A DNA stretch of 64,000 nucleotides from a virus. Shown here in pieces: positions 41,439 through 52,835 of the stretch; positions within the stretch are counted from its first letter, which is position 1, and the number at the start of each line of letters is the position of its first letter. The notes beneath the pieces were generated by a model. That model made no database searches. It was not told the origin of the DNA and saw nothing but the letters and a program-made list of their open reading frames with translations. A program made the position numbers and the translations under genes. Where the stretch lies: IMG/VR virus record IMGVR_UViG_3300017991_000052; one strand, 5' to 3'.

Positions 41439-42218
41439 ATGACTTCTACGAGGAGTACTATCGTACTAGGGGCGCATATCAGGAACAGGGGGAGGATAAT
41501 CTTGGGGGAAGAGAAACCGAAACAATCCATAGAGGAATTGTTGGAAGGAATAAAAAGACTAAAGAAAATAAATAAAGAATTATTAAGCAGAATCATTAGA
41601 GTCGGTAATAGGAAATTGCAAAGCCAGCAAATGGCCAAATTCAAAGATAACTTCTCATTCGACTATGATGATCTTGTAAGAAAGGAATTCAGAAAACGTT
41701 TCCCGGGGCGTGTTAGAAAAATCAAGAGTGAAATATTATTAAAAGAACCAAAGATAAAGTTCTTTCCTGATCTATGGGATAGAAAAGCGGATCAAATAAT
41801 ATTTCCAGATGTATTAGAGAAGCAAGATCAGTATGTATTTACTCAAGAAACTTCTCAAATAGATCCAGATACAGGTCGATATAAAAGAAAAACAGATGGG
41901 GGTACACATATATCATTACATGATAATGAAAACTATTTGTTGGGGCAAGGGAATTCAATTAAAGAAATAATAAGCGAAGAGAATGGGAGGTATAATGTAC
42001 TAATGAGTGACTTAATAAAGATCTTATTAGAAGATCTATCAGAGAAAGAAGATACCGCAATAAGAATGGCATATGGATTAGAGCCATATGAAGATATGCA
42101 TACATTCAAAGATATAGCAGCTGAATTAGGTGTGGCTAACAGAACTGCTAGTAAATTAGTGCGGAGATCTCTAGAAAAGCTCCTAAAAAAAGTTATTAAG
42201 ATAAAAATGAAAGATTGA
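41439..42218 (+). CDS. Sigma-factor-like protein (sigma70 region 4 at C-terminus)
   Basis: LSEKEDTAIRMAYGL..MHTFKDIAAELGVANRTASKLVRRSLEKL. Confidence 0.7.
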   Translation: MTSTRSTIVLGAHIRNRGRIILGEEKPKQSIEELLEGIKRLKKINKELLSRIIRVGNRKLQSQQMAKFKDNFSFDYDDLVRKEFRKRFPGRVRKIKSEILLKEPKIKFFPDLWDRKADQIIFPDVLEKQDQYVFTQETSQIDPDTGRYKRKTDGGTHISLHDNENYLLGQGNSIKEIISEENGRYNVLMSDLIKILLEDLSEKEDTAIRMAYGLEPYEDMHTFKDIAAELGVANRTASKLVRRSLEKLLKKVIKIKMKD

Positions 42219-42321
42219 TTATAACTAAGGAAAGAAATTGCAATATTCAAGGTAATAGTTATAATATATGAAACTTAAAATAACTTAATAAGAATCTCAT
42301 ATAAATAGGAGCTGATAAGAG

Positions 42322-42828
42322 GTGCCAAGACAATTAAAAATAGATGAATTAAATATAGGCAAGCAAGTATTACAATTATATAATAATGGTATGAGTGCTA
42401 ATAAGATCGCGGAACAATTAAATGTAAATCCAATAAATGTAATTAATTTTATAGAGAAGACAGATGAGAATACACAGAAATTGGTAAAACGAGAGGATAA
42501 GATGGCTAAAGAGAATCTTATGCAGGCTCTTAATCTTCATGAGAAGATGATCGAGAAGATCGAGGATATGGAAGAGTTATTAACTCAGATGAAGGAAGCT
42601 GATGGTAAGGTAGTCGAGCGCAGATCTAAAGATTATATATCCGCATGGAATAGTATAATGAGTACGCTTCAATGGTGGACTGACAGAAAGATAAAGTTAT
42701 TAGAGACTATGGAGAATCAGATCTTTAGAAATGCTATCCTCGAGGCGATCAAGGGGGAGTCGCCCGAGGTGGCATCCAAGATAAGGTCTATAATAGAGCA
42801 GAAGAGAAAAGATCTTGGATTAATATGA
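42322..42828 (+). CDS. HTH plus helical protein (small-terminase-like architecture possible)
   Basis: LYNNGMSANKIAEQLNV HTH; helical remainder. Confidence 0.45.
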   Translation: MPRQLKIDELNIGKQVLQLYNNGMSANKIAEQLNVNPINVINFIEKTDENTQKLVKREDKMAKENLMQALNLHEKMIEKIEDMEELLTQMKEADGKVVERRSKDYISAWNSIMSTLQWWTDRKIKLLETMENQIFRNAILEAIKGESPEVASKIRSIIEQKRKDLGLI

Positions 42829-43647
42829 TATATAAAATAAAAGATGATGAGTATTATAGGGGGCTCAAAGAGACATGGGATTGGGAATATGATAGATTAT
42901 ACAATTGGGAAAGATTAAGAAGCTATGAGGTAAAGGATGAGAGTCTCTAAGATAAAGTCGTATGAAGGAAGAGTATTAATAAAGAAAGAAAAGATAATAG
43001 ATTGTTGGGGGTGCCCCCATATAGAACACGAAACGGGTAATAGATTTTATACATGTAAAATAACTGGTAAAGTGATACACAGATGGAAAGCTAAAGATGA
43101 TTGCAAAACATGGGGGTCAAATGAAATACATGTATTTATTCCTAAGACATGTCCTTTACCAAAAGAAATAGAAGATGAGAGTGTATGAAAATTGAACATG
43201 CAAACCCCCTAAGTATTTATGATGAGCTTAATCATTGGAAGCTTCAATATGAGATGACTGCTAAAGAAAGAAATGAATTAGAATTAAAAGTAGCCGCATT
43301 TCAAGATAGATATTATGAAGTATGTTATGAGTTAAGGAAATATGTAAGTGATTATAAATTTAAATATTGGGATGAAGCTTCTTATAGGGCATGGTTAAAT
43401 AGAGATATGGAAATAAATATAAATGAAGAAAGCATATGAATGAAACAATTATTATATCCCCAACAGAAGCTGAAGCATTAAAGAGTTATGCATCTTTTCG
43501 ATCTTCGGCATTAAGAGTTGGCAGAATAGAAAATGAAATAGGAAGTTTATATGGAGTAAAAGTGATAGTAAGCAGATATATTGGGGATCAAGTAGTGGAT
43601 ACTAAAATGCATGATTTTAATATAGTGAATGAAAGTATATAAGAGTA

Positions 43648-43676
43648 TTTATGAAGAATAAAAAATATGATATAAT
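43648..43676 (+). promoter_or_regulatory. Sigma70-like promoter, extended -10
   Basis: TTTATG-N17(TG)-TATAAT. Confidence 0.55.
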
Positions 43677-44338
43677 ATAACGATGCTAAGTCACGAAGAA
43701 GTGGTACTACGGTACTTTAATAAATTAGTATATAAATTAGATCATATTTTAAAAGATGGAGATAGTTCTACATATAAAACTGTAATGAGAGCTTTTATGA
43801 GATGCCATGGAGAATCATGGACTGAAACACAAGAATTCCTAAAAAATACAACTATCACAGATCAAAGTATATAAGGGGGAATAAATATGGGGAAGAAAAA
43901 AGATGTGTCAAAGCTATTTGCCAATGCTTTCACAAAGTATGATCAGATTCAAGGACAGCCTGCACATATACAAGCTAATATGCCAACAAAAATAATGGAA
44001 GAAAGTGAAGCTTTAATGAAAGCTCATCAAAGTCGTTTATATCCAGAAAAAGCAGGTAAAAGAGTAAGAGATGAAAAATTAGCGGCTGAAGAACAATTCA
44101 GACAATTCATAAGATCATTGACGATCGATGAAGTAGAGAACTTAAAACTATTAAGAAGTAAGCCAAGCTTAGTTGTCGATACAAATGCTTTACAGAAAGC
44201 AGGAGAATTAGGGGAAGATCTTGGGCTTGAAAGATTAGAAGCAAATAAGCTTATTAAGAGAGAATTAATTCCCGATGATAATCTTATAGAGTTCAGAATA
44301 ACTAATAAAGGCAGAGCGGTATTGGAGGAATTGAGATT

Positions 44339-44941
44339 ATGAGGAAATTGCCCCCTCAAAATAAGATAATTAGATTATTAAACTTTACTGAAGATCAGAA
44401 GAATAGAGTACGTAATGCTTTAAGTAAAGTACCACCGCAATTCGTAAAGAAAGCTTTTTCAAAAATAGTTTTAGATGGAGCTTTAGCTAAAGAACCAGGG
44501 AAGCACGAGAATTTTGGTAAATATAATATGGATACTAAAGTATTAAGAGTGAACCCCAAAGTATTCGATCAATCAGAGAAATTCACCGATGGAGTAAATT
44601 ATATGAGTAAGTTAGCTCATATGTTATTACATGAAATTGGGCATGCTTTAGATAATATTTATAATTTATCTAATTCTGAAGTATGGCATAGTTTAAGTGG
44701 ATGGTCGACGACTCCTTCTCATTCAAAAAGATATTTGAAGATCCCCCATGAAAAAGATAGAGATATGTTATGGTATTATAATCCAAAAAGCAAATTCGCA
44801 AGATGGTATGCAAAAAGATCCCCTCAAGATGATTGGGCAGAATCATTTGCATTTTATCTTGGGGGTCTGCTTGATAGAGTAGACAGAAGTAAGATCAAAT
44901 ATATAAAAGAAGTATTATCTCAAATAAATGATATTAGTTAG
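44339..44941 (+). CDS. Zincin HExxH metallopeptidase
   Basis: LLHEIGHALD...YA..SPQDDWAESFAFY. Confidence 0.75.
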   Translation: MRKLPPQNKIIRLLNFTEDQKNRVRNALSKVPPQFVKKAFSKIVLDGALAKEPGKHENFGKYNMDTKVLRVNPKVFDQSEKFTDGVNYMSKLAHMLLHEIGHALDNIYNLSNSEVWHSLSGWSTTPSHSKRYLKIPHEKDRDMLWYYNPKSKFARWYAKRSPQDDWAESFAFYLGGLLDRVDRSKIKYIKEVLSQINDIS

Positions 44942-45611
44942 AAAATGTAATGAATTAATTAAAGATGAGATAATAGAAGATGCAATGATAATGCTTGAAA
45001 AAGCAGAAGATTGTAAGATAAATAAAACTAAGTTAATATTTTTTGCGGGAAGTACGATACAAAAGAAATTAAAAGAAGAATGTCGACGACAAAATATGGC
45101 AATTGCGAGTTCTACAGCAGTAGTATATTATGATGAGAATGAGATATTTAGAGTTGCTGGAGTAAAGATAATAAAGGGGTATGAGGAATATTTAGGGCTT
45201 GATGAATTGTGTCTTGTAGATGAGTTATGTGTCAGCGGAATGGGTAATAAAGATATAAGACTAGCGAGGTATTATGTGGCCGATGAATCTCTTTAGATTT
45301 AGAGCTAATGAAGAAGAGGAAGAAGATATAGAGTTGTCAGAAGAAGAACTCGCGAGAATAGATGAGGATATGAATGATGCTCCAAGAGAACTTTATTATC
45401 GAGATGAGCAAGCACCGCAAGGTGGGACAGGAGAAGTAGAGTTGGATAATACATATCCAGATACTGCTGATAATTATAGAAGCGATTCAATAGAGATGTT
45501 AAATACGAAAGTAGACAGTCTAGAAATTTCAGTTGCTGAAATACATTGTCAATTAATGCGACTTGTAGAACTATTAGATAAATGCGGGATAGGAGTCCCC
45601 AATGAAAGTTT

Positions 45612-45860
45612 ATGAATAGTTGGGAAAAAGAATTTATGAAGGAGAGTCAAGGCAAAGGAATACTTCCCTGTCCTTTTTGTAAAAGTACAAGAGTAATAGA
45701 AGAGCCTTTGAATTGGATGATCTTAAGAAAACGACCGCATCAGTGTCAAGTAAGATGTTTAGATTGTAGAGCTCATGGACCAATTATGAAGGGATATCAA
45801 AGAGACGCGATATGGGCATGGAATAGTGCTTATCGAAGAATAGAGGATGAAAGTTTATAA
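45612..45860 (+). CDS. Lar-like (restriction alleviation) Zn-finger protein; tag IEDESL
   Basis: LPCPFCKS...VRCLDCRAHGP...AIWAWN. Confidence 0.7.
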   Translation: MNSWEKEFMKESQGKGILPCPFCKSTRVIEEPLNWMILRKRPHQCQVRCLDCRAHGPIMKGYQRDAIWAWNSAYRRIEDESL

Positions 45861-46565
45861 GGAGGTAAAGTAATGAAAGATAGAGTAGAAATAGTAAGAA
45901 ATAATGGGGTTGTATTTAATTCAGAGAATACTATAATAAGAATAAACGGGAGACAAGTAAATGGAGTAACACACTTCGCTATATATGATAGTTCTAATAG
46001 GGCAGATGCTGATAGGGGTCCGTACGCGGATCCCCATTTATTTATTACAGCGCGGTTAGGGGCTAATGATCGACCATTAAAACATTTCTTTAATCCAGAC
46101 AATATAGATTTTGATAACATAGTAATGTATGATCGCAATCATGTCGAGAATAGAAATATAGGGAGAGGGCAAGAAGATAATACATATATTGAATCAATAA
46201 GAGTCCATAAAAGAAATATAAGATTAGACTTAAAGATGAAAACGGAAGTTCAAGAAGAATTATTTGCGGAGAGTATATAATGGCATTTGCATATGGTAAT
46301 GGACAAATATTAGGGCATGCTATTGGGAACATTGTTGAAGGTGATGCTGTAGAGGTATCATTAGACGAGAATGGACTTATAAGGACTATTAGTATTGGAT
46401 CAGGAGGAGCTGGAGGTGGAGGATCTGGAGCTGGTGGTGCTGCATATGTAAGCATAGAAGAGTTAGAGAATAACGCAAAAGAAAGGGCAGAAAAATACTT
46501 TAATAATATGAATAAAAGTGTTATAATATCTGATGATATTAAAGATAAACAAGTGAAGGTGTTAG

Positions 46566-46739
46566 ATGAACCCCTTTAATTTTAAAAAGAGTTCATATGG
46601 ATATGAGTGGAAGATCATTACTCAGTACTTCAAATTCCCGAAGCGCAAAAAGAAGCGTAAGAAAAGAAAAGTGGTTCATAAGCCAGCTATAGTAAAGAAA
46701 TATAGTAAGCGATTTGAGATATTAGACGAAACAATATGA
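46566..46739 (+). CDS. Basic 57-aa protein (not in track); tag variant ILDETI
   Basis: MNPFNFK...KRFEILDETI; ATGA overlap with 46736. Confidence 0.65.
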   Translation: MNPFNFKKSSYGYEWKIITQYFKFPKRKKKRKKRKVVHKPAIVKKYSKRFEILDETI

Positions 46740-49254
46740 AGATACAGCTTGCAATTAGTTTATCTGATATATCAATGTATCTTTATTGGATATGTATAGG
46801 GCTTTATTGTTGGATGATATTTAAAGAGCGAAAGAATCGTAAAAAAGAAAGAGAATTTATTGCACAAATACAAAGGGATACTCAAAGGCGAATGGAAGAG
46901 TTTATAAAAGCAGAAAAAGAATTCCAAAGGAAATTAAAAGTAAAAACATTACAAGTTGAATATTATAAGAAAAAATGCAAACATGAAATAGTTAATGAAA
47001 GTTTATAATGGAGGGGTTTTTTACTGCTGAAAATATCAGCAATTTATTAAACATAAGTCTTTTATTGTGGATATTTATTTTAGCAGCAAAGTTAGGATAT
47101 ACTTTATATGAGGCTAGTAAAGAAGAACGCAATGAGAGAAATAGAATATTGGAAGCCCGAATTTTTGCATCAATGCATCCGAATGGGGAACTTCGTAAAT
47201 ATATACATGTCAAGAAGAAGGGAAAGAAAAGAAGAAAAAAGAAAATTAAGATCAATGTAAAGAAGTCGTTATACAAAGAAAAAGACGAAGTGGAGATAAT
47301 GAATGAATCTCTCTGAAGGAGCAGTAAATGTATTAATAATATTCTCTGGTACTATAAGCGCTGTTGTGATATGTGTGATAGCAATGTGGTTAGGAAGATG
47401 GTTAGCTGATAGAGAAGATCGACAATTTATGATGACTACTACATCGACTGCTATTGGGGATCTTCATAATGATCGAATAAGTAGGGAACAAATGGAAAGT
47501 GAAATGGTTCGAGCAAGGGAAGAGATGAGAAGGGCTCATGAAGAGCAAAGACAAATGATGCATGAAACGCGCAGACAAATGTATCTTTATAATGAATCGC
47601 TTCAATCACAACAAAGAGCAGCAATTAGTCCAAGGATTGCAGAGGCACAACAAATAAATAGAACTGCGTTATTGGAAGCGGTTGGAGCAAATATAAATAT
47701 AGATGATATGCGATCTGCATTAGAAAGTTTAGAAAGAAGTTTAAGTTTACCAGATATAATAGCATCAAAGCCATCTAAAAAAGAAATCGAGAAAAAGATA
47801 AATAAGTATGAGTTACAAGATGAGAGTATATGATATTAAAAAAGATACAATTATTAAAAAAAATATATAGGAAGAAGCTTAATAATCTTGATGAGAAAAA
47901 AGAATTGTCTTTACAAGATGCGAAAGAGATAATTGATATATTAGAAAATGATTTAAATGATCAAGTTAATGAAGAAGCAAAATATACAGAGCATGAAGTA
48001 ATGATGGAGAGTATATGACAAAATATACAAAAGAAGATTTGCCAAGAATAGCTTATGGTTCAAGAGAGATAACGATAACAAGGGCCGATTATGCTAATTT
48101 ATTACATACCATTGTTCAATTATTACATTTACATAAATTTAACGGTGAAGGTCAATTGGAAATAAAATATAGAGCAGATAATTTTTTAGATTCTGGTCTT
48201 ACTTTATTAAGTAAAACAAAACCAATTTATGAAAGTATATGATATATTGGAAGATTCCCCCACAAAAAGAAATAATGGTTAAATCAGATAAGATGCTTAT
48301 TCATTTAGAAGAAATAACATTAGATGTACCCAAAGATATTTTATTAAAGGTTGGTGATAGATATATAAAAGCTAAGCAATTAACGGAAGTGAGGGAAGTA
48401 AATGAATAATGATCCAATATTTGATTTAATTGAGACTGAGGTGGAAATACCTATAGATGATTATTTTAAGAAATGGAAAGAGTTACATTTAACTGATGTG
48501 GCTGAATGGTGCAACAATCAAAAAGATGATTTTACTGATGTATTATCATTCTTTACAGAACATTATCGTTTAGAGAGAATGATGGCATCATTAAAAGAAT
48601 TGGAGATCATAGATGAAAGTATTTAAAAGAATAGTTGAGCGTAAAATGACTGTATTACATTCTGATGTTGCAATGTTATTTTTGTTATTAAGATTATTTG
48701 AGGTATTTGATACACCTTATGATAAGTTGATATTTATAATACTTCTTATTTTCTTTTAATATGGCTATAGAAGTACGCTATGTGAATATTAAAAATTTAA
48801 ATGTAAGTAATGCTGCTTTTGTACGACAAGATAGTAATGGGAGAATGATACGTTTAGATAATGACCCCACTACTATTTATTTAGATCTATCATTATCATT
48901 AGAGACAAGAGATGATATTAATTGTATTGATCTTACAAAAAGAATACATGATATATTAAGAAATTATTTGAATAAAGAACAAATTGGGGGAATTGAAATT
49001 GAGGAAGAAAGTTTGTAGAACCTGTGTAATTTTCGGAGTTATAGTTATATTATTGTGGGTAGGATGTGGTAAGACTTCTAAGGAAGTTGGTATCGACACA
49101 CCAGATAGATTATTGGAAGATTTTCCAACTAAAGATATTGTATATGAGAGAATAACTGAAGATATTACAGAAGATAAAGATCAAAAAGAAAAAAAGGAAA
49201 AGCCAACTAAAGATGAAAAAGGAAAAGATAAGAAAAATAAATGAGAGTGATTAT

Positions 49255-49377
49255 ATGCCAGAATCTCCAATATCATCGCAATCGATGTTGAATATTGTGA
49301 GAGCAGTAAATACTCTCATAGATGAAAGAGATAAAAGAATAGTAGATTATTATGAAGTAGAAGATGAGTCATTATGA
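49255..49377 (+). CDS. 40-aa protein (not in track); tag VEDESL
   Basis: MPESPISSQ...DYYEVEDESL; ATGA overlap with 49374. Confidence 0.65.
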   Translation: MPESPISSQSMLNIVRAVNTLIDERDKRIVDYYEVEDESL

Positions 49378-49658
49378 ATAAAATAAGATTATTAAAAAGA
49401 TTAAGAGAAAAGACGGGGCTCGGGTTAAAAGATGCTAAAGACATTATTGATGATCTATTTGAGTGTGTTGATGGGGATAATAAATTAACCCCTCAATATG
49501 TTGATATGATTGTGGAAAATCATAATCATCTTCAAGCATTAGCACGCGATATAAATGATGTTGAAAGACAATTAAAGAGATTAACATCAAAGATGAAGCT
49601 TCTTACATCACATATAAGAAACGGGAGATCATTAATAATAGAGAATGAAAGTATGTAA
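49374..49658 (+). CDS. Ribosomal L7/L12 C-terminal-like domain plus coiled coil; tag IENESM
   Basis: KIRLLKRLREKTGLGLKDAKDIID. Confidence 0.7.
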   Translation: MNKIRLLKRLREKTGLGLKDAKDIIDDLFECVDGDNKLTPQYVDMIVENHNHLQALARDINDVERQLKRLTSKMKLLTSHIRNGRSLIIENESM

Positions 49659-52600
49659 GAAATAAGGGGGCGCAGCTATGCATATTAGTAAAAATGATAT
49701 TGAATTATTACGCGAAGAATATGAGAGAGAAAAGAATATATTAGAACAAAGAGAATCTCTTAATAGAGAATTATATGATCTAGAAAAGATTAGATCTTTT
49801 AATCCCCTATCTGAAAATGCTTCTTATTTATATGCTGATAATAATACTGGGGTAGATGAGAATGCATGGAGAAATTTAAGAGAAGAATTAGAGAGATATC
49901 GACAAGATAATCAAGTAACTCCGTGGCGATCCCCAACAGATGTACCTTATAATCCTTATACTCCCCAAACTCCAGTAACCCCATGGGAAGAAGGTTATGG
50001 ACGAACAGTAATAACAAAATCAACAGATGAATTAATATTAGAAGAGCTTGCATCTATTAGAAAATTATTAGAAAAAATCGCTGAAGGATTTGATGTAAAA
50101 ATAAGAGATGAATCATTATGAGTTCAAATGATATTGGGGAATATATGCTTGCAAATAATAGTAGTGATATAACTATTAATCTCCCTTATGATCCTGAGAT
50201 AAATAATTTAAGAGTTAATTATATGCAAACACCACCGCAAAATGGGAATTTGCATTATAATGAAAGTAATGGACAAATGGGAGTATGGACGGGACAAGAT
50301 TGGCAGCCATTAGAAAGTAATGGAAGTAGTGGAGGAACAACTAGTTTTACTTTATGGTCAGAATACGATGAGATCAAAAAAGAGATACAAGAATTAAAAT
50401 CTATGTTGAAGCAGGTGTTAGATCAGTGCGGCGTAATAATAAAGGACGAGTCCCTGTAAAAAGAAGACGTAAGATCTGGGTAGGATGGTGGGTCTTATTT
50501 TGGTCAATCTTTTTTACTATATTAATATTAATAATAATAAATGTCTTAACTAGTACATTAGTGATGACAATAAGAAAACATTATGTATTGAATATAACGA
50601 CTGAATCAGAATCTTCTTTATTGGCGATACATGGGCGCATCGAAAAATTATCAATACATCAAATAGAATTACAAAATCAAATAACTAAATTACAAAGAAG
50701 AACTTATTATTTAGAAAGAAAAGTAAAAGATTATGAAAAAAGGTAGAATATATAGTGTAGATTCAGATGCTGATCTAATTATCTTTCAATTCGATAAAAT
50801 AGATGTACATACATTAGAATCTTTTAAGATAGCATTAAGAGCGATTATTCCTGAAAGGTTAAAGAACAAATTACTTTTTTTAGCTAATACAAAGTTTAAT
50901 TTATATCAGTTTAAAGAAGGAAAGTTTTTTAACGAAAGTTTATGAGATATATAGAAAAATATTCAAGTCATATACCAATTGATGGAGTAACCCTTAGAGA
51001 TATAAGACGGATGATAAGAGATGCGCGTAGAGAAGAGATAGATCGTTCTAAATTAGTATTTTGTTTAGGGTATGAACTAGAAGAAAGTATATCAGCATTG
51101 TTTGGATCTGGAACATTTACACAAAAACAATTAGGGATCCCAGAGCCGCCATTGCCTTATCAAGTTGGGGCAATATGGGGAATAGCAGTAACTCAACCTC
51201 CCAATATAGATAATGATACTGTACTATTAACTAAATTAGAAGATTATTTAAGTGTCTACGGCAGTGAAAGTGTGCCTGATGAGAGTATATAATGAACGAA
51301 TTAAGTATAATGTATGGATGGGGGATCATCGAGAACAGATGTATTGGGAGAACCTTCCTAAAAAAGAAAAGTTATGGAGATGTTTTATTAACAGACTTCC
51401 AAAACATTCATTCCCTGATCTATCAATTTTAGAATTATTAATATTGGTACAAAGTTTAGAAGATCTAGATGAGCATATGGAATGGAAAGATATAGAAAAG
51501 CGAAAGGAGGAAAGGTATGACTCAAAAGCCATCGAAAGAAGAAGCAATAGGGAAAGCATTAGCGGCACTAGTTAATCTTTTTATAATATCTCCATTGTTA
51601 TTTATGTGGTTATACAACATGATATTAGTCCCTAAATTTAGCTTACCAAGATTCAGTTATTTAGAGTCTATGGGGCTCATTTTTATTTTCAGAACAATAC
51701 TTAAATAAAAGTTCAAAAATAGGGTAATAATTATATAAGTAGAAGAGGAGTGAAAGTAATGTCAGAAGCAAATATTGACATGCCTATCGAAAGACTTAGG
51801 CGTGCTGTAGTGAATCCAAGAAAGAAATTTTCAATTAGTATTGAACAAATGAGTGGTGGATTTTTAGTAATAAGTAAGTATGATAAGAAAAGATTTTGTA
51901 AGAATTTTACTGAAATAGTTAATGCAGTTAATGAAAGCTTGAGAGAATATTTTAAAAGTGAAGAGATCAAAGAAGGTGAAAGTATATGAGTTATAGTGAA
52001 CCAATGATGGATGAAGTGAGGGAAGCGGAACCAATGGAGCCAAGATGGAATACAGCTAGCGCATTCCCAGAAGATCGACCTAACTATAATAATTTTAATA
52101 TAAGAATAGAAAAAATAGAGAACGGATATTTATTAAATCCAAATTCTCACGATAGAGAATATTTTAATTCATTAGATACTCTATTTGAAGAAGCAAAATC
52201 GCGAGCAATAAATTCTTTTTTAAGAATCAACGATGGGTAGAACAGCAAGAAGAATGCATTTAGCTGATACAAGAGTTGAAGCTTCATCTGCACAACTTGC
52301 ATATATTGATTCAAATTTATTTACTAATGGGGATCTCAGTATTGTTAGTGATAATAATTTTTCTAGTAATTTAACTATTGATGCAGATGTCCTTATTAAA
52401 GGAAAAAAGCTTGATGATTATATATTAGAAGTTGTAAAGGAACATATGAAAGATTTATGTTTTACCAACATTTTGGACGAGAGCATTTAAATTATAGTGT
52501 TTTTACAGAGCTTGGAGAATGGCAAATTGGTAAAACAAAAGTCTTTCAAGATGTATATGATTGCTCGTTAACATATGAATTCGAATTTATATTAAATAAT

Positions 52601-52835
52601 ATAGATTTGAAGGTAAAAAATAGTGGTAATAGTTATAAATATGTAGGAAGAATGAAGGTAAATGAGGCTGATGTCATTACTTCCGACCGAAATCTTTCGG
52701 CTATAATAAGTGATACATTTTTAATGAATATGTATAAATTTAAGGAAGATATAGAAAACCAGGTATTTTATATAAAGAGTGATATGGTTTTCGAAAATAA
52801 ATTAAAAGAATACGGATTATTTATTGAAAGTATTT

